A DNA stretch of 64,000 nt from an uncultured Thermoplasmatales archaeon (GCA_964445525.1 CAYULA010000003.1:21921-85920), one strand, 5' to 3'; positions 49,327-58,461 are shown, numbered from the stretch's first letter. The notes: generated by a model from the letters alone, not told the origin. Numbers and translations are program-made.

Positions 49327-50427
49327 TCAGACCGGCTCCATTCCCCACCGGTGAAGTATGTTGCAGGACCCTTCCCTCGAGACCATGCAGGGACCTATCG
49401 GATGCTGAGGATCGCAGCCATTGGCGAAAAGTGGGCATTCCTTTGGATCGATGAGTCCCCTCAGAACCTCCCCGCAGCGGCAGCCGGCAGGTTCAGGTAT
49501 GTCCATGCTCCTTACCTCTTCAAGCTCGTCCTCGTAGATTCGGTATGCATCCTTTTCAGCGAATTTTGGAGATACTGCCAGTCCCGAACCCGGTATGACG
49601 GGGAACCCTCTCCACTGGATATCGGTTTCAACGAAGGTTTCCCTCATGGCTGAAAGGGCCTCCGGGTTGCCTTCAGGTCTCACAACTCTTCCATAGAGAT
49701 TGGTCAACTCCGCTCTATTTTCTTTCTTCTGTTTTGCTATCTCGAGGCATGCCATGATGAGGTCCAGCGGCTCGAACCCCGCAATCGCCTGCGGGAGCCC
49801 GTAATCGGCTGACAGGAACCTGTAGGGGTCTTCCCCTATAATCATGGATACGTGGCCGGGTTCGATCAGGCCGTCCAGTTTTATCTCGCCCGCGGACGCT
49901 ATTGCTTTCAGCGCAGGGGGGACGGTCCTGTGAAATGACATTATGGATAGATTTTCAGGCAGATCCCCCTGTAGAAGAAGGGCGGAAGTGGTTGGGGCAG
50001 TTGTCTCGAATCCGATTCCGAGGAAAACGAACTCCTTTTCCGGTTCTTTTTTCGCCATCCCGATCACATCCGTGGGAGAGTAGATGATCCTCACGTCACC
50101 TCCCCCTGACCTGATCTCGGAAAGGGTCCCCTCCCTTCCGGGAACCTTGACCATATCCCCGAAGGAGGCTACAACCTTGCCCCTCCTTGCAAGTTCAATG
50201 GCGGATTCTATCTCGTTCCCGGTTGTTACGCAGACCGGACATCCGGGACCCTGCCTGACGGTTACCCTTACTTCTCTGAGAAGAGGCTCGATCCCGAACC
50301 TGACCAGTGTGTCCTGATGGGTTCCGCAAACGTGCATTACGGTGATACTCTCTCCGATGGAACCTATCGCATCAAGGGCTTTCCTTGCCGTTTTTTTGTT
50401 CCTAAGCTTCAGGTCCATCCTCATCAT
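49327..50427 (-). CDS. hypD: [NiFe]-hydrogenase maturation protein HypD
   Basis: MHVCGTHQD, GPGCPVCVT, GFETTAP and PCMVSREGSC motifs. Confidence 0.92.
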   Translation of the reverse strand: MMRMDLKLRNKKTARKALDAIGSIGESITVMHVCGTHQDTLVRFGIEPLLREVRVTVRQGPGCPVCVTTGNEIESAIELARRGKVVASFGDMVKVPGREGTLSEIRSGGGDVRIIYSPTDVIGMAKKEPEKEFVFLGIGFETTAPTTSALLLQGDLPENLSIMSFHRTVPPALKAIASAGEIKLDGLIEPGHVSMIIGEDPYRFLSADYGLPQAIAGFEPLDLIMACLEIAKQKKENRAELTNLYGRVVRPEGNPEALSAMRETFVETDIQWRGFPVIPGSGLAVSPKFAEKDAYRIYEDELEEVRSMDIPEPAGCRCGEVLRGLIDPKECPLFANGCDPQHPIGPCMVSREGSCNILHRWGMEPV

Positions 50428-50767
50428 CCTCGATCAGGAGCTTAACATTGCTCACTGTAACCCCTTTTCCTTTGATAATATCCACGTCCTGTCCGCATTC
50501 GGGACAGGCGAAAACAGGCATCATGTAATGGTAAAGAGGGTTCTCCTTCACCTCGAGGTCCCCTTCATAATCGCATGAGGAGCATTTAACGAAAACCTCC
50601 TCGTCAGATATCTTCAAAACAGATCCTTTCAGAAGATCGTTTTCCGCGGTTACGGCTTCCCAGCAGAACCTCAGCTGCTCCTCTCCGAGGAAGGTCAGCC
50701 TCCCTATGGAAAGGTGCACCTCGTCCACTTTCTGGACACCTTCGTACTGCGAGGCTGCCTGGATCAC
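50402..50767 (-). CDS. hypA: hydrogenase nickel-incorporation protein HypA (N-terminus anomalous)
   Basis: Zn site CSSC...CPECG and the overall HypA pattern. The first in-frame start is GTG 50767. The conserved N-terminal sequence HELQIASNLVKAV is encoded in frame upstream (50803-50768) without any ATG/GTG/TTG. See finding. Confidence 0.8.
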   Translation of the reverse strand: MIQAASQYEGVQKVDEVHLSIGRLTFLGEEQLRFCWEAVTAENDLLKGSVLKISDEEVFVKCSSCDYEGDLEVKENPLYHYMMPVFACPECGQDVDIIKGKGVTVSNVKLLIEDDEDGPEA

Positions 50768-50818
50768 GGCCTTGACCAGATTGGAAGCTATCTGAAGCTC
50801 GTGCGAGGTCCTCCCCCC

Positions 50819-51052
50819 TCATACCTCGCTGGCCTGGAAAGCGTCAAGGGCCTCGTCCCAGAGACTCAAGGTTTCCTTCGCGTCTTCCTCGTCCATTATC
50901 TGGAGTGCGAATCCTGCGTGGACAACTACCCAGTCTCCAAGTTTGGGCCTGACATAGATTGTATTGGCTTCCCTGCGGGTGCCCCCGTAGTCAACGAGGG
51001 CCCTGTTCTCGTCGATTATCTCAACGACCTTTCCCGGAATGGCAAGGCACAT
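50819..51052 (-). CDS. hypC: hydrogenase assembly chaperone HypC
   Basis: MCLAIPGKVVEI N-terminus (Cys2). 77 aa. Confidence 0.9.
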   Translation of the reverse strand: MCLAIPGKVVEIIDENRALVDYGGTRREANTIYVRPKLGDWVVVHAGFALQIMDEEDAKETLSLWDEALDAFQASEV

Positions 51053-51080
51053 GCAATGGGGTCACCCGAAAGGTCCTTAA

Positions 51081-53426
51081 TCAGGTTTGCGGAGTATTGC
51101 CCGCTTTTTCGAGCTCCAGACCTGCCAACGCTGCCTGACCCACGGAGATGCCCCCGTCGCCGGGAGGAACTCTCGAATGCAAAACCGGAAAGGCCCCGTG
51201 CTCCCGACAGGACCTCACGAAATACCTCACTATGGGTAGGTCGTAGGCAACTCCTCCGGAGATCCCGACATAGGGCCTTTTGTTACTATCACCTTTATTG
51301 TCCACCAGTGATATTTCCACCATGTCGTCCAGAATCGATCCCACCATGCCCATAACAAGGTCCGGAGTATTTCTTTGATCAGGAATTATTCCGATGGAGG
51401 GATTGTCATTTCCGAACAACTCCTCCACAAGTATCTTCCATCGTCCCGTTACGTCCACCTGATTTCCCTTCAAGGGTACGGAGAATAGAGAGGTCTCGGG
51501 ATTTTTTGACCTGTCAAGTAACGATTCGAGTCTCATTGCCGGCTCACCATCATAGGTTCTCCATGTTATGCCGAGAACAAGGGATGATAGTGCGTCCAGG
51601 AGTCTCCCGAACGAGGTTGTCGATACTGCCCGGCCATGGGTCTTTGAAAGGAATGAGGCTGCCGCCTCATCATGGATGTCAAGATCGATTCCCGATTCCC
51701 TGGAGATCCAGTGGGCGATCCTCTCGGGATGATAGACGGAGCTGTCCCCTCCGGGAAGGCCGAAAGGCTCGAGGGATCCAAGCCTTTCGAAGAGGCCCCA
51801 TGATGATCCTATTATCTCCCCGCCCCACGGGAGTCCGTCCCTTCCGTGTCCCACCCCGTCAAGAACGAGGACCGGAAGGGAGCGGAGATCGGAGTCCACC
51901 ATAAGCGAGGCGGCGTGCGCCTCATGATGCTGATATCTGTACAACGGAACGTCGAACCTCTCCGCAAATTCTCTGGCAAGTGGTATGGTCTCGTATCTGG
52001 GATGGAGGTCCGCAGAAACAGCTTCGATCTTCTGCCCGCCGAAAAGGGTCATCAATCTTTCAGCGGATTGCGAGGCATAGTCCAGAACCTCGGGGTGCCT
52101 GCTGTTTCCGATGTAAGGGCTTGTGAATGCCCTGCCCTTCACCGAAACCGTCACGGTGACGTTCCTCTCGGCACCGAACGAGAGTATACCCCTTTCATGC
52201 GGAAGGTCCAGAGGATCAGGTATCAGTCCCCTCGCTTTTCTGATGGGAAAGGATCTGATGGAGAAAGGTCCGGGTAACGATCTGGCAGTATCTGGATCTA
52301 AGGGGTTGGGTACAAGAACGGAATCGTCGCATCTGGCCGATATCTCTCTGTCATGAACCAGGTATCCGTCGGCTTTCATCTTGAATGCGTTTTCGAGGTC
52401 CACCGCCATGGGTTCCCCGGGAGGATTGGCCGATGTCATGACGATGCTCTTAAGTCCGCTGCCATTATCCTTCAGAGCCTTGAATAGAAGATGATGTATG
52501 CCGGAATACGGGAGATAGATACCCACCGTACTCAGTCCCGGTGAGGCCCCTTCAAGGATTCGTGATTTTTCTTTGGCAAGATCATCCCTTTTCTTAACAA
52601 GCACGATCGGTCTTGCGGGGGAGAGGAGGGTTTTTTCAACGTAATCGGGGACCCCGGCAAGTTCTTTCGCTGATGCCAGGTCCCTTGCCATTAATGCAAA
52701 CGGCTTGTAAGGGCGGCTGTACCATTTTCGGAGGCGATCCATCCTGACGGGATCGCATACTATATGCATTCCTCCCCACCCCTTCACGATGACGATCCCT
52801 CCGGAGGAGATCATATCGGCGCACTTACGGAATGCCCGGTAGTCTTCATGGACAACATTTCCTTTACTATCCAGGAAGCGGTATCTGGGTCCGTTCTCCG
52901 GACAGGAGAGGGTCTGGGCGTGGAATCTCCTGAAGGTCTGGTCGGAATACTCATTCCTGCAGTCAGGACACATTGGAAAATGCTTCATTGAGGTCCTCTC
53001 CCGGTCATAGGGGAGGCCCTCTATCAGGGTGTATCTCGCTCCGCAGTCGGTGCAGTTTGTGAATGGATAGAGATACCTCCTGTTTTCGGGATCCGACATT
53101 TCCTTCAGACAGCTTTCGCATATGGCAGTGTCCGGCGGCAGGGAGGAATCCCTCTCCCCTTCCGTGGAGGCGATTATCTCAAATGAAGGTGGAATTTCCT
53201 TTTTCGGGTCAAGGACGATGATATCCCAGCTTTCGATCCTTGCCATGGGACCGAGAATGGATTCCAGTTTTTTCAGAAGTTTTTCCGGATCGATATCGCA
53301 TTCGATGGTTACATGTGAGCCGTCATTTCTGACAAAACCCCTTGCCCCTAAAATATCAGCGGCTCTCTTGACAGAGGGTCTGAATCCGACCCCTTGAACA
53401 ACACCCCTGGCCTCTATCCTGAACAT
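51081..53426 (-). CDS. hypF: carbamoyltransferase HypF
   Basis: Acylphosphatase domain (ARGVVQGVGFRPSV), two zinc-finger pairs (CESC...C-x2-C; CPDC), and YrdC-like and Kae1-like domains. 781 aa. Confidence 0.95.
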   Translation of the reverse strand: MFRIEARGVVQGVGFRPSVKRAADILGARGFVRNDGSHVTIECDIDPEKLLKKLESILGPMARIESWDIIVLDPKKEIPPSFEIIASTEGERDSSLPPDTAICESCLKEMSDPENRRYLYPFTNCTDCGARYTLIEGLPYDRERTSMKHFPMCPDCRNEYSDQTFRRFHAQTLSCPENGPRYRFLDSKGNVVHEDYRAFRKCADMISSGGIVIVKGWGGMHIVCDPVRMDRLRKWYSRPYKPFALMARDLASAKELAGVPDYVEKTLLSPARPIVLVKKRDDLAKEKSRILEGASPGLSTVGIYLPYSGIHHLLFKALKDNGSGLKSIVMTSANPPGEPMAVDLENAFKMKADGYLVHDREISARCDDSVLVPNPLDPDTARSLPGPFSIRSFPIRKARGLIPDPLDLPHERGILSFGAERNVTVTVSVKGRAFTSPYIGNSRHPEVLDYASQSAERLMTLFGGQKIEAVSADLHPRYETIPLAREFAERFDVPLYRYQHHEAHAASLMVDSDLRSLPVLVLDGVGHGRDGLPWGGEIIGSSWGLFERLGSLEPFGLPGGDSSVYHPERIAHWISRESGIDLDIHDEAAASFLSKTHGRAVSTTSFGRLLDALSSLVLGITWRTYDGEPAMRLESLLDRSKNPETSLFSVPLKGNQVDVTGRWKILVEELFGNDNPSIGIIPDQRNTPDLVMGMVGSILDDMVEISLVDNKGDSNKRPYVGISGGVAYDLPIVRYFVRSCREHGAFPVLHSRVPPGDGGISVGQAALAGLELEKAGNTPQT

Positions 53427-54098
53427 TCAATCTCCCTTTATCAATCCCAGGGCCTCGGCAAGCTCCTCTATGCCCCGGGAATGTTTTGCATCGGTTATTA
53501 CCACCCTGGAGTTCGGTTTCACGGTGGATGCGTCCTTCTTCAGGATATCGAGATCAACTTCCATGATGCCTGCAAGATCGGATTTGTTGATGACGATGAC
53601 ATCGGCTTCCCTGAAAATCACCGGGTGCTTCCTTATCATGTCATCACCTTCCGTGACGGAGATGACAACCGCCCTGATATCGGTTCCCAGGGGAAAATCC
53701 GCAGGACATACCAGATTTCCCACGTTCTCAACAAGAAGTATGTCGATATCGTCCAGCTTGAGGTCCTCAAGGGCATGCTCGGCCAGATGAGCGTCTATAT
53801 GGCACTCGTTACCCGTGTTGACGTTCACGGTCGGAACTCCAAGAGCCGAGATCCTCCTGTAATCGTCATCTCCAACCACATCGCCTGTGATCACTCCCGA
53901 TCTGATTTCTCTCTTTTTCAGAAGTAACACGAGCCTCTCGATGAGAAGAGTTTTGCCCGATCCGATGGATCCCATGAAATCCACGGATCTGATGTCCTTG
54001 GACCTCAGCAGATCGTGGTTTTCCTCCGCAAGCTTCCTGTTTGCCGCAAGCAGGTCCCTTTCCATGTCAACCGAGAGAACTTGATGCATGTGGAACAC
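53427..54098 (-). CDS. hypB: hydrogenase nickel-insertion GTPase HypB
   Basis: P-loop GSIGSGKT, ENVGNLVCPA and INKSDL motifs. The stop abuts the hypF start. Confidence 0.9.
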   Translation of the reverse strand: MFHMHQVLSVDMERDLLAANRKLAEENHDLLRSKDIRSVDFMGSIGSGKTLLIERLVLLLKKREIRSGVITGDVVGDDDYRRISALGVPTVNVNTGNECHIDAHLAEHALEDLKLDDIDILLVENVGNLVCPADFPLGTDIRAVVISVTEGDDMIRKHPVIFREADVIVINKSDLAGIMEVDLDILKKDASTVKPNSRVVITDAKHSRGIEELAEALGLIKGD

Positions 54099-54388
54099 CT
54101 CTGGCGGACTATCGATTCCTATACTAAAAACTATGTCCCGTATACTGATTCAAACAGGGATAATTTCTTACATGTTGGGAAAATAGATTGACATGGGGGA
54201 GATTTACATTCGGTGAATACCCGATTTCATAAGTACATATATTCGGTAACCTCCAGCCTCCTGTCGGAATATAATATATAATTGGATATACATTTCCGGT
54301 ACATCCGACATACCAGTATTGTACCTTAACGGGGAAGGTCCCGAGGGACCTGGTCAATGCTGGGTTGGATCAGTGGGAGGGCAAAGAG

Positions 54389-57133
54389 ATGCATAAGAGG
54401 ATAGGGCTTGTTGTTGTCGCCGTGATGTTAATAGGAGGATTACTTCCATTTCTTGCGGGAGCGGAACCAACGAGGACCCTTTCGGCGGAGATAGTCGATG
54501 TGATGCTGGATGGAGAACTCGGACCCGATGGTGAGTATGCCTCCGGAACGCATGAGGTCTCATATCTGGTGAACAACACTGGCACCGAATATTTCACGGA
54601 CCTTACGACAGTTTACATGAAGGTATTCTATCCCAACGACACTCTCTACATGTCGATGGAGGAGGACAGTATTATTGCGGTTGACAATGAAACCTCCACA
54701 ATGGGAGAGTTCGTATTCGGGGATATCATCCTTCCGGAAGGTGAGTTCACCATAGTCATCAATGCCACACTAAGAGGGGTCAACTCCAGTGCAGAAATCG
54801 ATGTAACGGTTGCGGATGTGGTGGATCTCTCCATTGACAGTGATTTCTTCGAACCGGAAGGAACCTATCCGCTGAGCGAGGAGATGATGCCCAGCTATTC
54901 CGTGGAATACGACGGAAACGTAATGGGATGGGCAGGCAACGTTACTGTTGACCTGGTAATCACCTACGTTGATTCCGAGCCAAACCAGGTTAGCTACGAC
55001 GAGGAAATGGAGATAATGATGTACAATTCCACTCCGGTTGATCCGGGTCATGAATTCTCCATGATGTTCGGTGCGGGATGGACTCCCGCGATCTCCGGCC
55101 AGTACAGGGCCGTATTCACTGTTGATGCCACCGACATTGCTGATGATTATTATCCGGAAAACGACACATTCACGGTCTTTTTCTTCATAGAAGAGGCCCC
55201 ATCCATAGAGGGCTGGGTCAAGACTTCCACCGGAACACCCGTTTCGGACGTAAACGTGAAGGCAATGATCGGTTCCATAGACACCAATATTATGACCGAT
55301 GCATCCGGTTATTATCAGTTCATGGATCTGGCTCCCGGAATATACTCACTGGAGTTCACCAAGCTCTGGTCCACATCGGAGCTGAACTCTTCCGTGGAGG
55401 TTTTCGATGGACAGACCACTGTGGTCAATGCCACCATAAACAAGATGGCAGTCGGTGGACTTGAAGGAAAGGTATTCCTTCCCGACGGTGTGACACCGGC
55501 GGTTGGAGCCGAGGTTTCGATAAACGTACCCGGTGAACCCCTGGCCACGGAGATCACCAATGAGGACGGTAATTATTCCTTTACAACGGTCAAGGCAGGT
55601 CAGATCAGCGTCTTTACAAGTTTGGAAGGTTACGAGAACGATGAGAGACCTTCGTTTCTGATAATAGAACAGATCTGGAATCCGCTGGACCTCACCCTCG
55701 GCGAGATACAGTTTACGGTTGACTTTTCACCTCCTGACGGGGAATTGTCGATATCTATCTCACCTACCATAACGCTTCAGTTCTCCAGGCCGATCAACAG
55801 GTCCACGGTAAACGAATCCACAATCTACATGGTTGATCTTACAACGAGCGAGACCCTTCCCGTTGCTTTTTCATTCATCGATGTGGAGAACAAGGTCCTC
55901 GTGGAACCCGAAAATCTGCTGGAATACAACAGGGATTATCGAATAACCGTCACCGATATGGTGGAGGATGTGAACGGAAACCCGTTCCCCGACATCCGGT
56001 TCGCAAGCTTCACCACCGAGGTGCAGATAGTGGAGGTCGAGCTCCAATCCTTCTATCCCGGAGACGATCAGAGTGAGGTCCCAATTGACATCAGCATAAC
56101 TGCCACTTTCCCCGAACCAATGGACGGATCGACAATAAATACCAATAACTTCCAGATTTTCATAAGCGGGGGCGGAGGATCTCCAATTCCGGGTTCGGTT
56201 GTATATTACTCCAACAATTATACCGCAAGGTTCACGCCCGCATCCAATCTTCAGTACAACGGAAGATACTCGGTATCACTGAACAACCTGGTAGAACCGC
56301 TGGACCCGAACCACATATTCCTGGGCGCTACATGGTCCTTCGAGACAATGCCGCTGATAACCACGGGAACAGTGATGGGATATGTCCTGGATGACAATGG
56401 AGAGCCTTTCCTCCCCACCGAAGTGACGATAAACATCCAGAAGGGAGACCAGAATCCGATCTCCCTGAATGTTGACCAGGCCGGAAAGTTCGAAAGAGCC
56501 GGTCTGGAAGCCGGTCTATGGACAATTACCATCCAGGTCCCTGATTACAAGAAGCACACCGATGAGTTCACCATTGTGGCCGGCGAGGATACCAATCTTC
56601 AGGATATCGAACTGGATGAAAAGGAGGAAGACGGAGGGATCATGGATAACATCGGAGCCATAGTTCTTGTCATCCTGGTGATTGTGATCGTTCTCATACT
56701 TCTCTATGTGTTCCTGGGAAGGCGCGAGAGGCCCGTGGAAGCGGTTGAGGAACCTGCAAGAGCCAGGGGAAGACCGGCTGCCTTCGGAGGAGCACGGGAG
56801 AGGGAATCTCTCAGGGAAAGGGAGCCGTATTATGACGAGATAGCAGAAGGCGAGTTCATGTGTCCCGTCTGCGGTAATGTTGTAGGACCGGAGGACCCCG
56901 ACTGTCCCAGCTGCGGAGCGGAGTTTGAAGAGGACCTCTTCGAGTGTCCGGAATGCGGAACCCTGATTCCCGGAGAAGCCATGGAGTGTCCCGACTGCGG
57001 TGCGAAGTTCGAGGAGGAAGAGGACGAGGAAGGAGAGGAATACGAGGAAGAGGAAGAGGAACCCGACATCACCGAGGATTACGAGGTCGATGAGCTGGAC
57101 GAAGAGGAGATTCCTTTTCGCGAGAGAGAGTAG
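54389..57133 (+). CDS. giant surface protein (CARDB-like, CarboxypepD_reg-like, SbsA/Big_5 Ig-like domains) with TM anchor and cytoplasmic double zinc ribbon + acidic tail
   Basis: ATG 54389 lies 7 nt after GGGAGGG. Signal MHKRIGLVVVAVMLIGGLLPFLAGA. IEGWVKTSTGTPVSDVNVKA...DASGYYQFMDLAPGIYSLEF is CarboxypepD_reg-like. FSPPDGELSISISPTITLQFSRPINRSTV... is Big_5-like. TM helix IGAIVLVILVIVIVLILLYVFLG. The tail carries CPVCG-x9-CPSCGAEFEE and CPECG-x9-CPDCGAKFEE. Confidence 0.8.
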   Translation: MHKRIGLVVVAVMLIGGLLPFLAGAEPTRTLSAEIVDVMLDGELGPDGEYASGTHEVSYLVNNTGTEYFTDLTTVYMKVFYPNDTLYMSMEEDSIIAVDNETSTMGEFVFGDIILPEGEFTIVINATLRGVNSSAEIDVTVADVVDLSIDSDFFEPEGTYPLSEEMMPSYSVEYDGNVMGWAGNVTVDLVITYVDSEPNQVSYDEEMEIMMYNSTPVDPGHEFSMMFGAGWTPAISGQYRAVFTVDATDIADDYYPENDTFTVFFFIEEAPSIEGWVKTSTGTPVSDVNVKAMIGSIDTNIMTDASGYYQFMDLAPGIYSLEFTKLWSTSELNSSVEVFDGQTTVVNATINKMAVGGLEGKVFLPDGVTPAVGAEVSINVPGEPLATEITNEDGNYSFTTVKAGQISVFTSLEGYENDERPSFLIIEQIWNPLDLTLGEIQFTVDFSPPDGELSISISPTITLQFSRPINRSTVNESTIYMVDLTTSETLPVAFSFIDVENKVLVEPENLLEYNRDYRITVTDMVEDVNGNPFPDIRFASFTTEVQIVEVELQSFYPGDDQSEVPIDISITATFPEPMDGSTINTNNFQIFISGGGGSPIPGSVVYYSNNYTARFTPASNLQYNGRYSVSLNNLVEPLDPNHIFLGATWSFETMPLITTGTVMGYVLDDNGEPFLPTEVTINIQKGDQNPISLNVDQAGKFERAGLEAGLWTITIQVPDYKKHTDEFTIVAGEDTNLQDIELDEKEEDGGIMDNIGAIVLVILVIVIVLILLYVFLGRRERPVEAVEEPARARGRPAAFGGARERESLREREPYYDEIAEGEFMCPVCGNVVGPEDPDCPSCGAEFEEDLFECPECGTLIPGEAMECPDCGAKFEEEEDEEGEEYEEEEEEPDITEDYEVDELDEEEIPFRERE

Positions 57134-57146
57134 AATCTGATTGAAC

Positions 57147-57179
57147 GGGAGGCCTCAGGGTCTCCCATTTTGTTTTTTA
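57147..57179 (+). terminator. stem-loop GGGAG-N10-CTCCC followed by a T-tract
   Basis: GGGAGgcctcagggtCTCCC followed by attttgtttttt, 14 nt after the stop at 57133. Confidence 0.4.
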
Positions 57180-57180
57180 T

Positions 57181-57244
57181 GATAAAATATATATATATCC
57201 TGAACCGTGGTTAATTAACGGCGGTTAATTAATGCTGGTTAATA
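57181..57244 (+). promoter_or_regulatory. TATA-like (AT)n box followed by three 14-bp-spaced GGTTAAT(TAA) repeats overlapping the ATPase start codon
   Basis: gataaaatatatatatatcc (57181-57200). GGTTAATTAA at 57209-57218 and 57223-57232, and GGTTAATA at 57237-57244. The ATG is at 57232. Confidence 0.4.
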
Positions 57245-58461
57245 GATTTGAGATCAATCGGATAAATGAGATGAAAGGTTGGCTCCTGATCTTCGGAAGG
57301 AGGAAGGTCGGAAAGACCTTTTTATTGAAAAACTTCATTGAATGGGACAGATTCTTCATGGTGAAGAGGGACGGGTCAGTAATCAATGAAAAAGAGAAAC
57401 CCGTGGTTTATGATGATGTTCAGGATCTTCTTTCTGACCTTAAATTCTACTTAAAAAACAATGAAACGGTGGTACTGGACGAATTCCAGAGGCTGCCGGA
57501 ATCGTTCTGGGACGAGATCTCCCTTATACATCCCGAAGGCAGATTGATCCTGTCAGGTTCCAGCCTCAGGATCGTTGACAGGGTCCTTTCCAATAATTCA
57601 CCCCTTCTTGGAATGGTGTATCCGGTGAAGATTCCTCTGATCAAACCCTCGGATATCCTGAAAGGTCTCTCCGATCGAATGGATCCCGTAAGGGCCATTA
57701 CAATGTCTCCCTTCATGCAGGACCCCTGGACAATACCTATGCTGGAAGAAAAAGAAGACATCCTGGATATAATCCCAATACTCCGGTATGTCGTCCCCGG
57801 TCTGTTAGGAGAGGTTTTCTCGGAAGAGGAGAGGGAACTTACCAGAACATATGAATCGATTATTTCCCTCCTCGGATCGGGTATGGAGGATTACAACAGG
57901 ATGGGAAAGGTCCTCTGCGATCGGGGGATTGTCTCCAATCCAAATTCCTCAAGCGTCATACCGTATCTCAAGAACCTGGTCAAGATGGGACTGGTTACCG
58001 AATACAGGAAGTGGAAAGAGAGGGGTTCGGTATACAGATTGACTTCCCGGGTAATGAAGACATATTATTATCTTGAATCGAGGTATGATCTGGAGAACAG
58101 GGATGTTCCGTCGGATGAGATGGAACCTACCTTGAACAAGCTCGTACAGTTTTCGGTTGAGGAATTCCTGGCGGATTTCTTTGGGGATCTATTGCAGGGA
58201 AGGGTTGAGGTCCTGAAGAAAAGGGATATGGAGCTGGATATCTTTGTAACGAGAAGGAACAAACCATATCTGGTTGGAGAGGTCAAATGGGGAAAGGCGG
58301 ATAATGGGGACGTGGAGAAATTCAAGGAGAAGGTTGAGGATTTCTCCTGCCGGAAGGTGTTTGTTGCAAGAGAGAAGCTTGAAGATGAGGAGATCGAGAT
58401 ACTGGGTCCTGAAGATATTGTAGAGGCGGCAATGGCGGGAACATTGATTAAAAAGAAATGA
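57232..58461 (+). CDS. archaeal ATPase (Arch_ATPase-type P-loop) with DUF234-like C-terminal domain
   Basis: Walker A FGRRKVGKTFLL and Walker B VVLDEFQRL. The C-terminal ELDIFVTRRNKPYLVGEVKWGK matches the DUF234 nuclease-like region. Confidence 0.85.
   Translation: MLVNRFEINRINEMKGWLLIFGRRKVGKTFLLKNFIEWDRFFMVKRDGSVINEKEKPVVYDDVQDLLSDLKFYLKNNETVVLDEFQRLPESFWDEISLIHPEGRLILSGSSLRIVDRVLSNNSPLLGMVYPVKIPLIKPSDILKGLSDRMDPVRAITMSPFMQDPWTIPMLEEKEDILDIIPILRYVVPGLLGEVFSEEERELTRTYESIISLLGSGMEDYNRMGKVLCDRGIVSNPNSSSVIPYLKNLVKMGLVTEYRKWKERGSVYRLTSRVMKTYYYLESRYDLENRDVPSDEMEPTLNKLVQFSVEEFLADFFGDLLQGRVEVLKKRDMELDIFVTRRNKPYLVGEVKWGKADNGDVEKFKEKVEDFSCRKVFVAREKLEDEEIEILGPEDIVEAAMAGTLIKKK
58341..58431 (+). repeat. 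copy A of a ~91-bp duplicated ATPase 3'-end segment (copy B at 59260-59350)
   Basis: By-eye alignment at offset 919 gives 4 mismatches over about 91 nt. Confidence 0.8.

Noticed and set aside
54124-54563. 77-aa and 69-aa minus-strand ORFs upstream of hypB
   Set aside because: They occupy the divergent promoter region and the antisense of the 54389 signal peptide. They have no RBS and an implausible composition.
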